NCBI GenBank assembly: GCA_963832165.1
Contig: CAWHTE010000002.1
Span: 352,001-416,000, forward strand
Source: an uncultured delta proteobacterium
Lineage (GTDB): Bacteria; Myxococcota_A; UBA9160; SMWR01
DNA length: 64,000 bases
Direction: 5' to 3'
Below are positions 51,634 through 61,789 of this stretch, in pieces (positions within the stretch are counted from its first letter, which is position 1; every line of letters begins with the position of its first letter). Both the position numbers and the translations under genes were made by a program. The notes under the pieces were generated by a model. That model had not been told where the DNA came from and made no database searches. It saw only the letters and a list, made by a program, of their open reading frames with translations.

Positions 51634-52638
51634 TCACGCGGCGCAGACGTAGTCGCGGCCTTCGCAGAAGCCGCGCTGGGTGAGATCGGCGCGGATCAGC
51701 GCGCGCGCCTCGGCGCCCGCGACCGACACGACGAGCGGAAGTGCGCCGGGTGCGCCGAGGTCGCCCGGCGCGATCACGCGCGCGCCCTGGATGCGCTGGC
51801 CGATCCGGCGCGGGTGCAGCTCGACGATTGCCTCGGGGTGCCGGCCGTGCGCGCGCAGCGCCTTCGCGAGCGCGCGTCCGGTGCCGCCGTAGCCCCAGAG
51901 CCAGTAGCCGCGCCCGCGCGCGAGCGGCCCGCTCGCGAGGTAGTGCGCCCTGCACGCGGTGAAGCGATCCGGCGCGTACACCGCGCTGCGCTGCGAGAGC
52001 CGACCGGGTGTGTGACGCCACGCGAGCAGCCGCCGCGGGACGACGCCGAGCTCGCGCCCCGCGCACAGCAGGCGTAACACGAGGTCGTAATCCTCGGGCC
52101 AGCCCGCGTCGCGGTAGCCGTGTGCGCGCAGCACGTCGCTGCGCAGCACGAGCGATGGATGTGCGAGCGGGCATTCGACGAACGCCTCGCGGCGCACGTC
52201 GGCGGGAGTGCGCACGCTCGCGAGCCAGCGCTCGTAGGCGCGCATGCCCGGCCCGAGCGCGCCGCGCGGGAACAGGCGCACGTGGCAGCCGACGCCCGCG
52301 AGCCCTGCATCGCCATCGAGCGCGGCGACCTGAAGCGCGAGGCGATCGCGGTGCATGCAGTCGTCGGCGTCGTGGCGTGCGACGAGCGCCGCGCCGCACT
52401 CGGCGAGGCCGCGCTCGAGCGCGGGCACGAGGCCGAGCGCGGGCTGCGCGATCACGCGGAAGCGCGGATCGCCGCGCGCGTGGCGCTGCGCGATCGCGAG
52501 GCTCGCGTCGCGCGATCCGTCGTCGACCACGATGCACTCGAGATCGGCGAGGCGCTGGCGCGACACGCTGCGCAGGCTCGCCGCGAGCGTCGCGGCGGCG
52601 TCGCGCACGGGCAGGAGCACGGAGACGCGCGGGTTCAT
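51634..52638 (-). CDS. Glycosyltransferase family 2
   Basis: VSVLLPVRD, VDDGSRD, RHDADD and PEDYDL. Confidence 0.9.
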   Translation of the reverse strand: MNPRVSVLLPVRDAAATLAASLRSVSRQRLADLECIVVDDGSRDASLAIAQRHARGDPRFRVIAQPALGLVPALERGLAECGAALVARHDADDCMHRDRLALQVAALDGDAGLAGVGCHVRLFPRGALGPGMRAYERWLASVRTPADVRREAFVECPLAHPSLVLRSDVLRAHGYRDAGWPEDYDLVLRLLCAGRELGVVPRRLLAWRHTPGRLSQRSAVYAPDRFTACRAHYLASGPLARGRGYWLWGYGGTGRALAKALRAHGRHPEAIVELHPRRIGQRIQGARVIAPGDLGAPGALPLVVSVAGAEARALIRADLTQRGFCEGRDYVCAA

Positions 52639-54686
52639 CGAGATCCACCTTTCGACTTCGCTCGCCCACGGGATGGACTTCGCTTGCCCACCCGATGGTC
52701 TTCGCTCGCCTTCGGCTCGCTGCGCGAAACTTGCGCTGGCTCTCCGATGTAGATCGGGCTCGACCACGCGGCGCCGCCGTCGGATTGCAGCACGCGCACG
52801 TAGACGTACTCGCCCGGAGCCAGATCGGAGAGCTCGCTCGCGAGCTCCGCGTCGTCGCGTCCCTCGAGCGATATTGCGTCGGCGACGGCTCCGCTGCGCA
52901 CGAGCTCGAGCCGCTCGAGCGGCGCGCTTCCGATCGCGCGCACGTACAGCGTCTCGCGGAGCGTCGCCCCGGGTGCGAGCGGAACGACGCCGCCGATCGG
53001 CGTGCTGCCGAGTGCCACGCGCAGCACGATCCGCGCGCCGTTGGTCGCGTACACGCGCCGCTCGCGCAGCGCGCGCAACACGCCCTCGCGCGTGCGATCG
53101 TCGGACAGGATCGCCGCGAGGCCGCCCTCGGGCGGATCGCGCGTGAACGCGCCCGGGTGTCCGTCGTGGCGATCGCCGCTGCCGATGAATCCGAGCCGGT
53201 AGCCGCGCGCGAGCGCGTCGCGCGCGAAGTGGCCCGCGACCGGCTCGTGGATCACGGCCGGCGAATCGGGCGCCTCGCTGCTGCCGTGGATCGACGCGAT
53301 CTCGGCCACGGGCTCGAAGTGCGGGTTGGGCGCGACGTCCCAGTCGATCGCGATCGGGCCGCCCGCCGGATGGTGCGGGATCGTGAGCGCGCGGCGATCG
53401 CGGAGCGCACCCCAGAGCTCGGTCGGCGTGTCGGTGGCCTCGGCGAGCGAGTCGATCACGGGCCCGTCGTCGTCGAAGTAGAGCACGTGGCGGTGGCCGT
53501 GGATCCAGCTCGTCCACTCGAAGCCCAGCAGGGTCACGAAGCGGCCCGGCGCGTGGAAGCGGCGCGTCTGCTCGCGGATCTCCCGCCAGAGCTCGGGATG
53601 ATCGACGAGCGGGAGGATCCCCCAGCGGTCGTGATCGGTGAGCGCCACGACGTCGAGCGCGGAGACGTCGCGTGCGTAGACGAAGTAGTCCTCGGGCAGG
53701 CCCGTGCCGTCGGAGAAGGCCGAATGCCCGTGCAGATCGCCCCAGAGCACGCGCGGGCCCTCCGCGGACACGAGCAGCGGGTTGCTGCGCGCGCGCAGCT
53801 CGCCGGCCTGCACGTCGAGACGGTAGACCCCGGGCTCGCGCGCGACGACCTCGATCGCGCGGCGCCCGCCCTCGCTGCCGTCGAAGTGCACCGTGCGGGG
53901 CAGTGCGAGGCCGGCGGGCGGGTCGACGAACACCGCATCGCCCGCGAACGCGACGCCGGTGTCCCCCGCGCTGTCGACCGCGGCGAGCACGGCGCGGACC
54001 TTCTCGCCGGGCCGAGCGACACTCGGAAGTGTCAATAGCAGCGCGGCGGGCGGACCCGGGTGCACGTCGATCGCGGGTGGATCGGGCAGGAAGGCGCGCA
54101 CGCCGTCGCCGTCCCCGTCGACGGCGATCCAGAACCGCGAGCTGCGCTCTGCGTAGCGGTCGGTCAGCGCGCGCGCGGGTCCAGCGCCGTACACGATCTC
54201 GAGTCGGTCGCCCGCGACGAGCGGCCGGCCGGTCACCTCGATCCCGAGCAGCTGCTGGTCGAGCGTCTCGGCGCGCAGCGCGATGTCGGAGGGCTCGGCG
54301 CGGACTTCGGTGAAGCCCGGAGCATCGGGATCGGTGACCTGCGGTGTGCTCCAGTCCCAGAACGGCGACACCTGGAGCTGCACGGAGCCACGTGTCGCGA
54401 TGCCGAGCGGACCCACCTCGTAGACGATCCGGAACCGGTCGCGCGATGCGCGCATCGCAAACGGCGCCTGGTCCGGGTCGCGCACGAGCCGCGCGCGGCC
54501 GCCGCCGTCGGCGGAATGGGGCACCGCGGCGACCCCCGCGCGCATCGTTTCGACCACGTCCCAGCGCGCGGTCGGCGGACCCGGGCGGGTCGGCGGCGCC
54601 GGGTCGCGCGCGGCGGGGGGCTCCCCGCGCTCGCAGCCGGTCAGGACGGCTGCTGCGAGCAGGGCGGCGGCGAGCGCGCGTCGCAT
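52635..54686 (-). CDS. PHP-like metallohydrolase lipoprotein (DUF3604/CehA-McbA-like)
   Basis: Lipobox LTGC; WGDLHGHSAFSDG, LTDHD, GFEWT, GHRHV, GSGDRHDGHPG and YATNG. Confidence 0.8.
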   Translation of the reverse strand: MRRALAAALLAAAVLTGCERGEPPAARDPAPPTRPGPPTARWDVVETMRAGVAAVPHSADGGGRARLVRDPDQAPFAMRASRDRFRIVYEVGPLGIATRGSVQLQVSPFWDWSTPQVTDPDAPGFTEVRAEPSDIALRAETLDQQLLGIEVTGRPLVAGDRLEIVYGAGPARALTDRYAERSSRFWIAVDGDGDGVRAFLPDPPAIDVHPGPPAALLLTLPSVARPGEKVRAVLAAVDSAGDTGVAFAGDAVFVDPPAGLALPRTVHFDGSEGGRRAIEVVAREPGVYRLDVQAGELRARSNPLLVSAEGPRVLWGDLHGHSAFSDGTGLPEDYFVYARDVSALDVVALTDHDRWGILPLVDHPELWREIREQTRRFHAPGRFVTLLGFEWTSWIHGHRHVLYFDDDGPVIDSLAEATDTPTELWGALRDRRALTIPHHPAGGPIAIDWDVAPNPHFEPVAEIASIHGSSEAPDSPAVIHEPVAGHFARDALARGYRLGFIGSGDRHDGHPGAFTRDPPEGGLAAILSDDRTREGVLRALRERRVYATNGARIVLRVALGSTPIGGVVPLAPGATLRETLYVRAIGSAPLERLELVRSGAVADAISLEGRDDAELASELSDLAPGEYVYVRVLQSDGGAAWSSPIYIGEPAQVSRSEPKASEDHRVGKRSPSRGRAKSKGGSR
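52656..52723. repeat. 2.5 copies of a 22-bp tandem unit plus a GCGAGCCGAAGGCGAGCGAAG element
   Basis: cttcgctcgcccacgggatgga / cttcgcttgcccacccgatggt / cttcgctcgcc. Confidence 0.7.
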
Positions 54687-54829
54687 GAAGGGGCCGAAGA
54701 TAGCCCTGCAACGGCGCCCGATTGCACACGCAGACGATCGGTGGACTCCCGCGAATTTACTCAAGTGTGGGCCGCCCCAGGCCGTTGAGATGAGGCACAC
54801 CCGCGGCAGCGCGAGGCGGGGCGATCACC

Positions 54830-56815
54830 ATGACGCGTCAGAGCCGACCCACCTCTACTTCGCTCCCGTGGATCTCCACGCTGCTGCTCGCGTCGTTCGT
54901 CGCGTTCAGCGTGTACGCGCGCGTCCAGTACGCCACGGAGGGCCGCGAGGGAATCGCCGCGATCGATGCAGCGCAGGACTACCTCCTCGCGCATCCCTAT
55001 CTCACCGCACCGCCCGCGCTGCGCGCGCGTCTCGATCCGGAAGCAGTGCGGCGGGCGCGCGCTGCCTACGAGCAGCGGCTGGCCACCGAAGAGGTTCCGA
55101 CGCCGCCCGGCGTGATGCGGCGCCAGCAGGGAGAGCTCGACGCGAAGGTCGAGGCGGCGCTCGCGCGCGATCTTCCCGCGAGGCAGGTCGCGTTCGCTCC
55201 GGGCGCGAGCCCGCCGCTCTCCTGGCTCGCCTATCCGCTGCTGCACGTGGGCAACCTCGTGCTGATCGGCAACGGACTGCTCTTGATCTATTTCGGGATG
55301 TACCTCGAGCGCTCGCTCGGGCGCGTTCCGTATGCCGCGCTGCTCGTATTCCTCGCGCTGGCTGGCGCGATGGGATGGGTGGTCGCGGCGCCGCCCGCGG
55401 CCACGCACGGACTCGTGGGCAGCACGCCGCTCGTCGCGGGACTCCTGGGCGCGTTCGCGGTTCGCCTCGGGAACCACCGCAGCGAGGGCTTCTACGTCGT
55501 GGGGCTGGTCGCGGGTGCGCTGTGGATCGCGCTGCAGCCTTTCATCGGCCCGACCTGGTCGTTCGCGACGCTCGATCTCATCGCCACGAGCCCGGCGCCC
55601 GCGCCCGACGCGGTGTATTTCCCGTCCCTCGCAGCCGTGGTCGCGGCGCTGCTCGCGTCGGGGCTTGCGTGGGTGGCGCGGGTCGACGGCGAGACGCCCA
55701 CCACGGCCGCGCCGGTCGAGACGCGCGACCCGCGCTTCCGGGGCGCGCTGCGCGCGCGCCAGGCCGGGCGTCCGCGCGAAGCGCACGAGCTGCTCGCGCA
55801 GGTCCTCGTTGCCGAGCCCGACTCCTACGAGGCCGCGCTCGCCGCATGGGAAGTGGCGCGCGAGGTGGGTCGCGAGTCCGAGATCAGCGCGTCGCTCCAG
55901 CGCGTGATCCGGATCGAGATGCGGCGCGGGCTCGCGGGTGCGGCGATCGACCACTGGCTCGAGCTCGTGCGCGGCGGCATTCCCGAGCGCACCGAGCCCT
56001 CGCTGCTGATCCAGATGGCTCTGCTCCTGCGCGAGCACCACCACAAGCCCGAGGCCGTGCGCGCGCTGCGCTTCGCACTCGAGCACTCGGAAGACCGCGA
56101 GAACCACGTGATCGCGGCGCGCATCGCGCGCGCGGCGCGCGGTCTGGATCCGGGCACGAGCGAGTCGGCGGCCTGGCGCGCGCTCGCGAGCCTCGATCTG
56201 TCGATGCCGGAGCGTCAGGCGCTCGAAGGCCTGATCGGGGAGCTGCTCGCGACGCCGGACGCGCGCACCGCGTCGCTCGCGCGCGTGGAGGACGAGGCCT
56301 TCGCGACTTCGCCCGCCGCGGATGCGCCCACGGTCACGGGACCGCGCCCCGCCGCGATCGAGATCCAGACCAACGACCGCGTGCTCGACGCCGTGCACGC
56401 CGTGCCAGTCGAACTCGGGGAAGACGGCATCGAGATCCAGACGCGCTCGGGCAACAAGAAGCTCGTGCGCTACGAGCGCATCGAGGCGGTGTCGGTGGCG
56501 GCGGTGTACGGCATGGCCGAAAAGCCCGTGATCCTCATCGACCTCGTGCTCAACTGGATGACGCCGACGACGGAGACGCTGCGCGTGATCCGGATGCGCG
56601 GCGATCGATTCGATCCGCGCCGGGTGATCCCGGGCCACGCATCGGCTGCCGACGCGCTGCGCGCGTTCGTGAAGACACTGCTCGAGCGCTCGGACGCGAT
56701 CCCGCTGCCGGATCCGGAAGCCGCGCTCGGTCGGCCGTTCGCCTCGTTCGCCGAGCTCGTGATCTACCAGCGCGCCGTGCTGCTCGTGGAAGGTCCGGCG
56801 CAGCAGACCGAGTGA
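54830..56815 (+). CDS. Rhomboid-like membrane protein with degenerate active site and C-terminal TPR-like/soluble domains
   Basis: LLHVGNLVLIGN, LERSLG and LVGSTP in place of HxGwxHxxGN/GASG. Confidence 0.7.
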   Translation: MTRQSRPTSTSLPWISTLLLASFVAFSVYARVQYATEGREGIAAIDAAQDYLLAHPYLTAPPALRARLDPEAVRRARAAYEQRLATEEVPTPPGVMRRQQGELDAKVEAALARDLPARQVAFAPGASPPLSWLAYPLLHVGNLVLIGNGLLLIYFGMYLERSLGRVPYAALLVFLALAGAMGWVVAAPPAATHGLVGSTPLVAGLLGAFAVRLGNHRSEGFYVVGLVAGALWIALQPFIGPTWSFATLDLIATSPAPAPDAVYFPSLAAVVAALLASGLAWVARVDGETPTTAAPVETRDPRFRGALRARQAGRPREAHELLAQVLVAEPDSYEAALAAWEVAREVGRESEISASLQRVIRIEMRRGLAGAAIDHWLELVRGGIPERTEPSLLIQMALLLREHHHKPEAVRALRFALEHSEDRENHVIAARIARAARGLDPGTSESAAWRALASLDLSMPERQALEGLIGELLATPDARTASLARVEDEAFATSPAADAPTVTGPRPAAIEIQTNDRVLDAVHAVPVELGEDGIEIQTRSGNKKLVRYERIEAVSVAAVYGMAEKPVILIDLVLNWMTPTTETLRVIRMRGDRFDPRRVIPGHASAADALRAFVKTLLERSDAIPLPDPEAALGRPFASFAELVIYQRAVLLVEGPAQQTE

Positions 56816-57579
56816 TGAGCGCTGTGCTCGCGCGTATCACCTCGGGAATCTCGCGTCGACTGCGGCCGTGGATCGACCCCTGGCACCACCTCGACCGCAA
56901 CGTCCGCGAGCTGCGCAGCTACGCCCAGCTCGCGCTCGCGTTGGGCTGGTCGCGCGAGCCGATCCTCGAGGGGGACCACCTCCATCTCGTGCTGGGTCCC
57001 GAAGACTGGAACGAGCGCCGGCTGCGCGACGCCGAGGTGATCGGCGGCGCGTGCGCGAACGAGGCGCACAAGATCGCGCTCGAGATCGGCACCGCGCACG
57101 GTCTCGCCACGGTGCTCATGGCCGAGAACGCGCCGAGCGCACACGTGTACACCGTGAACATTCCGCCCGAGGAGATCGCGGCGGGTGTGGGCGGCGTGCA
57201 CACGACGTTTGCGCCCGAGCGCACCGAGATCGGGCGCGCGTGGCGCGAGCGCGAGCTCGGCAACGTGACGCAGATCCTCGCGAACACGGCGTACTGGGAG
57301 CCGGACTTCGGGCCGATCGACGTCGCGTTCATCGACGGCTGTCACGACGAGGAGTTCGTGTACGGCGACACTTGCCGTGTCCTCGCGCGCTGCCGCGCGG
57401 GCGCGATCGTGCTCTGGCACGATTTCCACCCGGGTCTCGTGCGCGCGTACCCGTGGATCGGGTCGGTGTGCCGCGGTGTGGAGCGCCTGTATCACGACGG
57501 CGTGTTGCGCGGGCCGATCCTGCACCTGCAGGACTCGTGGGTCGGGCTCTACCGCGTGCCCGCAGGCGGTGCGCCGTGA
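56815..57579 (+). CDS. Class I SAM-dependent methyltransferase (Methyltransf_24-like)
   Basis: LEIGTAHG, FIDGCH and VLWHDF. Confidence 0.85.
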   Translation: MSAVLARITSGISRRLRPWIDPWHHLDRNVRELRSYAQLALALGWSREPILEGDHLHLVLGPEDWNERRLRDAEVIGGACANEAHKIALEIGTAHGLATVLMAENAPSAHVYTVNIPPEEIAAGVGGVHTTFAPERTEIGRAWRERELGNVTQILANTAYWEPDFGPIDVAFIDGCHDEEFVYGDTCRVLARCRAGAIVLWHDFHPGLVRAYPWIGSVCRGVERLYHDGVLRGPILHLQDSWVGLYRVPAGGAP

Positions 57580-59195
57580 AGATCGTGCTCGGTCACATGG
57601 CGTGGTCGGAGGAGGCGCTCGGCTGGCATCGCGCGCTGGCCGAGCGCGCGCGCGGGTTCGGCGTCGAGGTGGAGCCGCTGTGCCTGGTCCCCGATCCCCC
57701 TGCGCCGCGCTGGAGCTTCGAGGAGCTCGACCGCCGCTGGCGTCAGCGCGATCGCTCGCTGCTCCAGATCCGAGAGCAGTTGATCGAGGCGACCCGCGGT
57801 GCGGACGTGTTCTGGAACTTCAACGGCGCCAACGTGCATCCCGAATGGCTGGCGGATCTGCCCACGCTGAACGTGTACGGCTGCTTCGACGATCCCGAGA
57901 GCACCGAGCAGCTCTCGGAGCCGGTCGCGCGTTATTTCGACGCGGCGCTCGTGGGCAATCTCGGCTGCCTCCCGCTCTATCGGAGCTTCGGGCTGCGCCG
58001 GGTCGCGTGGGCGCCCAACGCGTTTCTCGGCGAGGACTGCCACGCGGATCTCACGCCCGAAGCGGTGCGCTCGAGCGACCGCCCGATCGACGTCGTCTTC
58101 TTCGGCGAGCGCGGGCTCCCGTGGCGGCGCGAGCGGCTCGACCAGCTCGCGAAGGCGTTCCCGAGCGCGGTGTTCCACGGGCACGGCTGGCCCGCGGGCT
58201 TCGCGAGCAACGCCGAGCGCCGCCGCATCTACCGCAGCGCAAAGATCGGCTGGAACGTCCACAACTCGGTCGGGCCGGTCAACCTGCGCACGTTCATGCT
58301 GCCCGCCGCGGGCGTGCTCCAGATCGGCGACAACAAGTGCCGCTTCGGTGAGGTGTTCCGGCTCGGTGAGGAAGCCGTGGGGTTCGACTCGGTCGGCGGC
58401 TCGATGGACGAGTGCATCGAGCTCACGCGCTACTACCTCGAGCACGACGAAGAGCGCCGCCGGATCGCCGCAAACGGCCGCGAGCGTTATGCGCGCGACT
58501 ACGCCGAGCCGCGGCTCTGGGACTACTACCGGCGCCGGCTCGCGGAGTGGATGAGCGCAGTGCGCGAGGTGGGGTCCGAGGCTCCGCGCTGGGAGCCCAC
58601 GCGACGTCCGGCGCTGTTGCAGAGGCTCGCGCGCGGCGCCGTCCGGCGCGTGCGCGAGCGCGCGGGGCTCGAGGTGCGCACCGAGCGCACCCGGTCCCAC
58701 GCTGTGCGCGATCCCGAGGTGATCGGCGGGGCGGTCGCTGCGCTCGTCGGCGACGCGGCGAGCATCGCGGCGATCGGACCCGGCGCGGATGCGTTCGCGC
58801 GCGAGGCCGCCGCGGATCCCGATCGCACCGTCGTGTGCTCGCTTCTCGATGCGCGCGCGATCGATGCGGCGCTCGGGCATCGCGCGCGCCCCAACCTCGC
58901 CTACGCCGAGCACCCGATCGGTGTGGCGGATGGGCCGTTCGATCTCGCCGTCGTCCTGGATCTCGAGCGCTTCGACGACGTGCTCCGCGACATCCGGCCG
59001 TTCGTCGCGCTCGCGCCGCGCCTGCTCGTCACGGCGCGCATTCGCGCGCACGAGCTCGACGCGGTCCTCCGCAGCTTCTACTCCGAGGTCGATCTGTACG
59101 CGCTTCCCGACGCGCGGATCCCGCAGCTCGCCAGAGCGGGCCTCGATACCGCGTGCTCGCCGCTGGTCGCCGAGTGTCGCGGGCCGGTCCGCTGA
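57576..59195 (+). CDS. CgeB-like glycosyltransferase with a degenerate methyltransferase-like C-terminal region
   Basis: FDDPE, DVVFFG, IY.SAKIGWN, NLRTF and ERRRIAANG. Confidence 0.75.
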   Translation: MKIVLGHMAWSEEALGWHRALAERARGFGVEVEPLCLVPDPPAPRWSFEELDRRWRQRDRSLLQIREQLIEATRGADVFWNFNGANVHPEWLADLPTLNVYGCFDDPESTEQLSEPVARYFDAALVGNLGCLPLYRSFGLRRVAWAPNAFLGEDCHADLTPEAVRSSDRPIDVVFFGERGLPWRRERLDQLAKAFPSAVFHGHGWPAGFASNAERRRIYRSAKIGWNVHNSVGPVNLRTFMLPAAGVLQIGDNKCRFGEVFRLGEEAVGFDSVGGSMDECIELTRYYLEHDEERRRIAANGRERYARDYAEPRLWDYYRRRLAEWMSAVREVGSEAPRWEPTRRPALLQRLARGAVRRVRERAGLEVRTERTRSHAVRDPEVIGGAVAALVGDAASIAAIGPGADAFAREAAADPDRTVVCSLLDARAIDAALGHRARPNLAYAEHPIGVADGPFDLAVVLDLERFDDVLRDIRPFVALAPRLLVTARIRAHELDAVLRSFYSEVDLYALPDARIPQLARAGLDTACSPLVAECRGPVR

Positions 59196-59203
59196 GGCGC
59201 GCC

Positions 59204-60289
59204 ATGCGAGTCGCCATCCATCCCGATGACTACAGCAGCCCGGGGCATGCGGGGGAGGACGCCTCTGCGCCGCGCTGGGCGAAAGCGCTCGAGGCCGCCG
59301 GCCACGAAGTGCACTGGGTCGACGTGTATCGCGCCGACATCCTCGATCAGCTCGACGGCTGCGATGGCTTCATGTGGCGACACGGGCACAGCTTGGAAAT
59401 GCAGCAGGTCGCGCGCCGCCTGCTTCCCGTCATCGAGCGCGAGCTCGGGCTCGCCGTCTACCCGGATCAGGCGACGGGATGGCACTACGACGACAAGATC
59501 GCGCAGGCCCATCTGCTGCGCGCGCTCCGCCTCCCCACACCGCAAACCTGGGCGTGGTTCGATCGCGCCGCGGCCGAGCGCTGGGCGCGCAGCGCGGACT
59601 ACCCCGTCGTGATGAAGCTCTCGAGCGGGGCGGGATCCGAGAACGTGCGGCGAATCGACAGCCCCGAGCAGGCGCTCGATCGAATCGCCGTGCTGTGGAC
59701 CAGCGGTGTCGGCGATCTGTCGGACGCGTCGCTGCGGCCGGCGCCGTGGCTCGGGCGGGTGCGCGACGCGGCGCGCGCGTTGGTCCGCGGTCGGCCGCCC
59801 CACCAGCACGGTCTTCGCCAGGGGCTTCACTACGGATACGCGCTATTCCAGGAGTTCCTCGCCGGCAACGAGTGGGACACGCGCGTCACCGTGATCGGCA
59901 AGCGCGCGTTCGCATTCCGGCGCTTCAACCGGCCCGGCGACTTCCGCGCGAGCGGCAGCGGCGCGCTCGATCCGAACCCGGATGCGATCGATCTGCCGAC
60001 CGTGCGTCTCGCGTTCGAGGCGGCGCGCCGCCTGGGATCGCAGTCGGTGGCGATCGACGGACTGCGCCGCGGCGACGAGCGGCTGATCGCCGAGGCCAGC
60101 TACACGTACATGAGCTCGGCAGTTGCGGACTGCCCCGGTCACTGGGAGCTGCGAGGAGATCCGCGCTCCGGCGATCTCTCCTGGGTGTCGGGTCGGATGT
60201 GGCCCGAGGACGCGCAGATCGAGGACTTCATCGAGCGCCTCGTACGGCGTGCACCGCGCCGTTTCGCGAGTTGGGCGCACCATGCGTAA
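59204..60289 (+). CDS. ATP-grasp (RimK-like) ligase
   Basis: YDDKIAQ, YPVVMKLSSGAGSENV, FQEFL and DFRASGSG. Confidence 0.85.
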   Translation: MRVAIHPDDYSSPGHAGEDASAPRWAKALEAAGHEVHWVDVYRADILDQLDGCDGFMWRHGHSLEMQQVARRLLPVIERELGLAVYPDQATGWHYDDKIAQAHLLRALRLPTPQTWAWFDRAAAERWARSADYPVVMKLSSGAGSENVRRIDSPEQALDRIAVLWTSGVGDLSDASLRPAPWLGRVRDAARALVRGRPPHQHGLRQGLHYGYALFQEFLAGNEWDTRVTVIGKRAFAFRRFNRPGDFRASGSGALDPNPDAIDLPTVRLAFEAARRLGSQSVAIDGLRRGDERLIAEASYTYMSSAVADCPGHWELRGDPRSGDLSWVSGRMWPEDAQIEDFIERLVRRAPRRFASWAHHA

Positions 60290-60932
60290 TGCGATCCATC
60301 GGCTCGCGCGTGCGCTCGTGCCGGCCCCGTGGCAGCCGCCCGCGGGCGTGACGCTCGGAGCCGGGTGTCGCGTGCTAGGCGACCCGCGCGTGCTCGTCGC
60401 CGACGGCGCGAGCGTGACGCTCGGAGCCGGTGTCGTGCTCAACTCGCTGCCCGACGGCTACCACGCGGCGATGACGTCGCCCGTGACGCTGCTCGCAGAC
60501 CGCGCGGGCGCGCGCATCAGCGTCGGAGACGGCACGCGGCTGCACGGCTGCTTCGTCCACGCCTGGTCGAGCGTGAGCCTGGGCCGCGGTTGCCTGGTGG
60601 CCGCGGGTGCGCAGCTGATCGACGCCCACGGTCACGCCACCGAGATGCGCTTCGCGCGCGTGCGCGCTCGCCTGCAAGACGAGCCCGAGCCGATCTCGCT
60701 CGGCGACCACTGCTGGATCGGCCTGGGCGCGCTCGTGTTCAAGGGCGCGCGCCTCGGCGAGGGATGCGTGGTGGGCGCGTACAGCGTGGTCGGTGCGGGC
60801 GAGTATCCGCCGTTCAGCGTGCTCGCGGGTGCTCCCGCGCAGGTGGTCCGCACCGCCGACCCCGCGGAAGTGTTGCCCGAGGACCATCCGCTCACGGGTC
60901 TCGGCGTCGATCATCGCATCTATCGCTATTAG
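60282..60932 (+). CDS. Hexapeptide-repeat acyltransferase
   Basis: LbH repeats; WIGLGALV.KG and LAGAPA. Confidence 0.85.
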   Translation: MRNAIHRLARALVPAPWQPPAGVTLGAGCRVLGDPRVLVADGASVTLGAGVVLNSLPDGYHAAMTSPVTLLADRAGARISVGDGTRLHGCFVHAWSSVSLGRGCLVAAGAQLIDAHGHATEMRFARVRARLQDEPEPISLGDHCWIGLGALVFKGARLGEGCVVGAYSVVGAGEYPPFSVLAGAPAQVVRTADPAEVLPEDHPLTGLGVDHRIYRY

Positions 60933-60947
60933 GCGAGCCAGGCGACC

Positions 60948-61778
60948 ATGGAAACTGAGCCCCGCGAACTCGTGATCGAAGCCGGACGGCACGACCGGCA
61001 GTACTGGGCCGACCTGTGGCAGTACCGGGAGCTGCTCGCGTTCCTCGCGTGGCGCGATATCGCCGTTCGCTACAAGCAGACCGCGATCGGTCTCGCGTGG
61101 GCGGTCGTCCGACCCGTACTCATGATCGCGATCTTCACGCTCGTGTTCGGCCGGCTGGCGCAGCTGCCCTCGGGCGGAGCTCCCTACGCGCTGCTCGTGT
61201 GCGCGGCGATTCTGCCGTGGCAGCTGTTCGCGAGCGCCTTCTCGGAGGCGGGCAACAGCCTGATCCACAACTCGAACCTGATCTCGAAGGTGTACTTCCC
61301 GAGGATTCTGCTGCCCGCGAGCGCCATGGCCGTGAGCCTGGTCGATTTCATCGTGTCGTTCGGGATCCTCGTGGGGCTCATGTCGTGGTACGGCGTGCAT
61401 CCGGATTGGAGGATGCTCACGCTGCCCGTGTTCGTCGGCGTCGCGCTGCTCGCGGCGGCCGGAGCGTCGCTCTGGATTGCCGCGCTGAACGTCCGGTTCC
61501 GCGATTTCCGCCACGTGATCCCGTTTGCAGTGCAGATCGGCGCCTACCTCTCGCCCGTCGGATTCAGCAGCTCGATCGTTCCCGAGCAATGGCGCCTCTT
61601 GTACTCGCTCAATCCCATCGTTGGCGTGATCGACGGGTTCCGATGGGCGGTGCTTGGGGATGGCGCGGGAATCCACGTGCCCGGCTTCATCGCATCGATC
61701 GGGATGTGTCTGCTCGTGCTCGTCACCGGGGTCTGGTTCTTCCGGCGGACCGAGCGCGGCTTCGCCGACGTGATCTGA
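60948..61778 (+). CDS. wzm: Polysaccharide ABC transporter permease
   Basis: RDIAVRYKQT.IG, LISKVYFPR and LNVRFRD...FADVI. Confidence 0.92.
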   Translation: METEPRELVIEAGRHDRQYWADLWQYRELLAFLAWRDIAVRYKQTAIGLAWAVVRPVLMIAIFTLVFGRLAQLPSGGAPYALLVCAAILPWQLFASAFSEAGNSLIHNSNLISKVYFPRILLPASAMAVSLVDFIVSFGILVGLMSWYGVHPDWRMLTLPVFVGVALLAAAGASLWIAALNVRFRDFRHVIPFAVQIGAYLSPVGFSSSIVPEQWRLLYSLNPIVGVIDGFRWAVLGDGAGIHVPGFIASIGMCLLVLVTGVWFFRRTERGFADVI

Positions 61779-61789
61779 TCGGAGCACCC

